Source: Octopus vulgaris (taxonomy: Eukaryota). From it: 64,000 nt of DNA. The position numbers were made by a program, and so were the translations under genes. The notes below the pieces were generated by a model. The model was not told where the DNA came from. It made no database searches and saw only the letters and a program-made list of their open reading frames with translations. The number at the start of each line of letters is the position of its first letter. Position 1 is the stretch's first letter. Location: positions 20,956,001 to 21,020,000 of the forward strand of contig OX597826.1 in the NCBI GenBank assembly GCA_951406725.2, written 5' to 3'. Of the stretch, positions 59,059 to 64,000 are shown piece after piece.

Positions 59059-59158
59059 NNNNNNNNNNNNNNNNNNNNNNNNNNNNNNNNNNNNNNNNNN
59101 NNNNNNNNNNNNNNNNNNNNNNNNNNNNNNNNNNNNNNNNNNNNNNNNNNNNNNNNNN
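59059..59158. other. assembly gap (100 N)
   Basis: Run of N. Confidence 1.
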
Positions 59159-62100
59159 TATTTCTACAACCCTTGATAGCCCTGTCATCACCACCACCAC
59201 CACCAAAACTATCACATCTACCACCTCCACTGACACAACAACCATTAACAACAACAAGAATAACAACAACAAAAATGAAATTGATATAAATGTGCCTGCT
59301 ATTTCGCAAGATTTGATTATCTCACCTATTACTGGTGAAGATAATATTAAGAAAACAAAATTAACGTACCCTGGAAATGCTACCAACACTACACCAACTA
59401 ACACTAATTTTGCTGCGGCAACAACAAACACACACAACGACAACAACTGTCAGAAGAGACCTTCTGTGAATTTGGCAGCACCCTACGACAAAAAAAAAAA
59501 AAAGAAATTTTACATTTCACAAATGAAGAGTTGGTGGAAACACGGTCACTCTTCACAACTTCTAGACAAAATCTGATTCTGCACACACCACAACATGTAA
59601 AAGAAGACGTACAGAAAAGAACAATTCTATACAGAATTATTAGAAAAAAACCCCCCAAAAAACAGAACAGATAACAAAAACGGATATCGAAAAATGTGCA
59701 AAAAATATCATGAAAATTAAAGTGTACATAAACTGGGGTCCCCAATTTAACACAGTATTGGTCCGCTTCCATGATCAGGAAGAGGCAAAAACTTACTCGA
59801 TACAGACAATACAAAATGACGAACTCGTCATGGTCCCATACTACATGGGACAGAGAGTGAGTAAGATAAAAATAAAGAATGCCCCGCCCGAAATCCAACC
59901 AAAATGGATAACATCGGCGATATGTTTTCATTTAAAATCGATTAAGATATTAGTAATCGCCGTTGTTAACAATGAAAATTGGACGGGGAAATCGATAGAT
60001 GAAGCTTCTATCGAGAAATTACCAAATACCATTTACCTAGAGAATGGACAAAGCCTATATGTGGTGGCGGAGGGGAAAAAACCACGTTGTTACCTCTGTG
60101 GCAGCCCAGACCACTTAATTGCAAAGTGCGTTTTTGCACATAAAAAACAAGAACATTTGCAAACAAAACAGAAAACAAATAAAAAACAACCTTTGCTACC
60201 AAAACCACCAAACCAACGACTGATGCAAGAATTATATAGAAATATGAAACAACGCCAAGAACAACAACAAACTAGCAAACAAAATCCAACAACATCACCA
60301 AGAAGAGAAACACCACCACCACGATTACCTCCGACGTCGCAACCAACTAAAGAAACAACACCACAACCAACATCAAAATACAGACCAACACCAGCACCAA
60401 GAACGACAACTAAGAAAACAAATAACACTGACGAAAAGACATTTCAAAAGAAGAGGAAAACACTCAAACTTTCGAAATGAGTAAGTAACCTTCCCTCTCG
60501 TCTCTTTCAATGTCGTGTGTGAAACACAAATTTTTGACCATCAATTATGCTTAAATTAGGTTGTGTGAATGTGCATGGCTTGGCGTCGGCTTGGAAGCAA
60601 GGTTACCTTCTAAATGACATCAAGTCACTGAACGTTGATATAGTAGCTATCAGTGAAACCAGACTCAGTAAGCCGCGGGCCCTCGCGTCCATGTTTGGCG
60701 GTCAATTCGACATTTATTTTTCTCCCTGTCTGCCAAACATGGGTGGTGGTGGTACCGCGGTGCTTTTTCGAAAGAGTCTAAACGTAAAAGTAAGATCAAT
60801 ATTCCTAGAGGGTAGGCTGGTTGTCTTGGACGTGGATGGCAGAAATGGGTGTTCATTCCGTCTACTGGCAGTTTATGCACCGTCCTTAACGGGTCGGGCG
60901 GATTTCTTCAGACGTTTAGAGGTTTTCCTAGGTACGTCTAGACCTTTACTGTTAGTAGGGGATTGGAACGCTACCTTGGACATGCATCTAGATTATGTGG
61001 GAATGGATAGGAATAGAAGGGGATGTAAGTGCCTCAAAGACCTGCTCAGACGTTTCCATTTGTCTGATAGGTTCCGACTCGACCATCCGAACGTGCCAAC
61101 GTGGACTTGGACAAACCGCATCGGATCGTCGAGATCGTATCTATGCAGGACAGAGGATAGGGATAGTGTAGGATGTCCACAATTTAAAATAGTCAGCTAC
61201 ACAGATCACAAATTTGTGACGTGTACGCTCGCCTTAGATAAGACACATAGACAGGGTCCCGGTTACTGGAAACTGAACACATAGCTCTTAGAGCGACAGA
61301 TTTACAGGAACCGGATTAGTGAGTTAATTAAGAGGGCGTTGACGGGAGCCATCGTTAACAACCGCTGGTGGTTTGCCCTGAAAATGGCAATAAAATCGGA
61401 ATCAATTAGGTTTAGCAAGGAATTAGCGATAGATCGAGAGGGAGACTTGGTTAAGAAACTAGAAGAAGCACTTACCACTGGCAGCGCAATCAACGGGCTG
61501 GCTGCGAGGATGGCCCTCGACCAGCACCTCAACGCCAAACACGAAGGTTGCGTCGTCAGAGCTAAAATGCGTGCCTTAAGGAACGAAGGGATCGAAACTG
61601 CGCGAGAGGCCCGGGTAGCGGAGGCGCAACGTGGCAACAGAGCCACTATTCGGTCTCTAATAGATCAATAGGGATGCAGTTTACTCGAACCCGAAAGGAT
61701 GTGTGAGGCCTTTCAACAGGACTTTGCTCGACTGTTTGGTGCGAGTGGTGGGTTGGAACGCGGGATGGATTTCAGTGCCTACCTGACCGACCTGCCGCCG
61801 CTCTCGACAAGAGAAGCGGAGTGTTGTGAAAGTCCCATCACAGCCGCCGACGTACGGGATGCGATGGCGGGCTGCGCGAGAGATAAGTCACCTGGTTTGG
61901 ATGGTCTACCCTACGAGCTGTATTGTCAAATGCCAGACTTGTTTGGCGACCTCTTGGCATCAGTCTACTGCAACTGGCAACAAAACGGGAGAATCCCCGG
62001 TTTCGTGAGCTGAGGTGCAGTGACGTTGTTGAAGAAAGACCCAAACAAGGGGAATTTTATAGATAATTTCAAGCCCATCACTCTGCTCAACGCAGATTTG

Positions 62101-64000
62101 AAAATTTTGGCCAAAGTAATGGCCGAGGGGTTGGAGCTTGTCATCGGTAAACTGGTCGACAAGGCGCAAAGATGCCCCGTGCCGGGCAGAACCATACATG
62201 ACAACATCGTGGACAGGGTAGTTAAGGATCCTGGTATGGGTGGGGCGCTGATCAATTTGGATCAGTCTAAAGCTTTCGATAGGGTCGATCATCGGTACCG
62301 GGCGGCCGTTCTCAGGGCGGCTGGCTTCGGTCCCGTCTTCCGCGGTTGGTTCGCTGCCTTGTATAGCGGCATCCGATCGGTAATTCGGGTGAACGGTCAC
62401 CTGTCGAAACCGTTTGACATCACGCGTTCGGTCCGTCAGGGATGTCCCCTGTCAGCGCTTCTGTGTGTATTGACTCTCGAGCCGCTACTGCGGAAGCTGG
62501 CGACACTGAAGGGCATCCCACGGGAACTGGGTTGCGGGACGAGCGTGTCGGCATATGCGGACGATATCACCGTCATAGCGTCGAGCGAAAAGCACATCCA
62601 GATGATAGGCGAGACACTAAAAGAATACGAAACGGTGACGGGAGCGAAAATTAACCCGGAAAAGTCAGTGGGTTTGCTACTCGGCACCTGGAGAAGCAAG
62701 CCCATACCGTCCAACAGCAAATCAGTAGTGGGACGCTGGACGGACGGACCGGTTAAATTGCTCGGGGTCTGGTTCAGTCCAGACCTCTAAATGGATAAGA
62801 ACTGGGATGAGATCACGAGTAGAGTGGTCGCTCTCAGTCAAACATGGGCCGAGAGAAAGCTGTCTCTAAAAGGTCGGGCGGAGGTGGCGAACGCGTACAT
62901 CGCATCCATCATCGAGTACCGCCTGACCGTCGTGCCTTGTTCCGATGTTACCATCACCAAACTGGAACGCATACTCTTCCGCTTTCTGTGGAAGGGTGGC
63001 GTTCCGATGGTGAGGCGGTCCATTTGCTGTCAACATCCGTTAAATGGAGGACTGGGCATGCCGTGGTTGATGATGCGCAGGCATGCGCTGAGACTGCGAC
63101 ATCTCTGGAACTTCATCGACGACGGTGAACAGGTGTGGGCGCCGCTTGTGAGGCGCGCCTTCCCGCAGCTCGTCTCACTGACAGAACTTCAAACATGGTC
63201 AAAAAGAGACCGAAACTGGGCGATTGGCACCGAGAGTGTCGCCAAGCTCTGCTGTTCGGGATCAAACGTCTGCAATTTCTAAACGATCGAAGCGTTCTAT
63301 AGAGGACTAGTGGAGGGGAGATCCGACGACACTCTCGGGGCAAAACTGGGCGTCAACGAGAAATTCGTAACCCGCCTTCGCAGGACGACTTTCGGGCCGG
63401 GGCCTATGGATAACTTCTAGAGATCCCTGGTTTGGCAATGCTATCGGGACGCACTACCGGTTCGAGAGAAGAGCAACAGACACGGTTCGAAAACCACCGA
63501 ACCGACCTGCCCGAGATGCGGTCAGAGCGACGAAACCGTTCTGTACGCACTCGTGCAATGTCCAGATATTTCAGAACCGTGGACCTTCATCGAACAGCTG
63601 TTGTCGCGTGTAGCACGGACCCGCTTATCGGCCGAGTCTATCGTGAATATTGTTCCGCCACCTTCCTTTAAACGGGAAGGAAAAACAGTTTTCATAACAC
63701 TAATAGCTATGGCGAAAGAATGCGTGTGGTGGACGCGTTTGAAAGGCCTACAAACAAACACTTTCCTCTCTGTCAGTCTCTCGTCAACTTTTTCAAGTAC
63801 CACTTGAAAAGGAGGATGAGAATAGAGAGGAAAGTATTGTCGAATAAAAGTTTCAATAAAAAATGGGTAAACGTGGCAAGAATGGTCTGTATGAAAGACG
63901 ACACCATTTTGAGCGTAAATCTGTAGCCAAAAGAGACAACGAGAGGTAAGATGACTTACTCATGTGTACATTTTGAACTGTCTGAGGTGACCTTGGTCTT
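59159..64000 (+). mobile_element. Tx1/L1-clade retrotransposon, copy 2 (5' end lost in the gap; runs off the window)
   Basis: Aligns to copy 1 from 53895 at an offset of ~5264; ORF1 ends at 60480. Confidence 0.93.
60547..63926 (+). pseudogene. Tx1 ORF2 of copy 2, disrupted
   Basis: Same motifs and same stops as copy 1, except that the 56561 TGA is TGT here. Confidence 0.92.

Overview
Microsatellite- and SINE-dense animal genomic DNA. The repeat content suggests a coleoid cephalopod, probably Octopus (inference). Nearly all ORF-track entries are translations of simple repeats. Real content: (1) the last four coding exons of a dachshund (DACH) gene on + at 5183-5266, 8683-8802, 10673-10738 and 11597-11706, all joined by phase-1 GT-AG introns; (2) about 40 kb with no confidently identifiable host gene, containing several tRNA-derived SINE families, LINE fragments (RTE, CR1-group, R4/Dong), a mariner-type MITE and fold-back palindromes in (TA)n; (3) a near full-length Tx1/L1-clade retrotransposon (53361-58966) inside a (TATC)n/(TA)n tract, and a near-identical second copy after a 100-N gap. 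The most unusual element is a 129-bp palindrome (19715-19843) that carries a hammerhead ribozyme motif on each strand and resembles an inverted Penelope pLTR.
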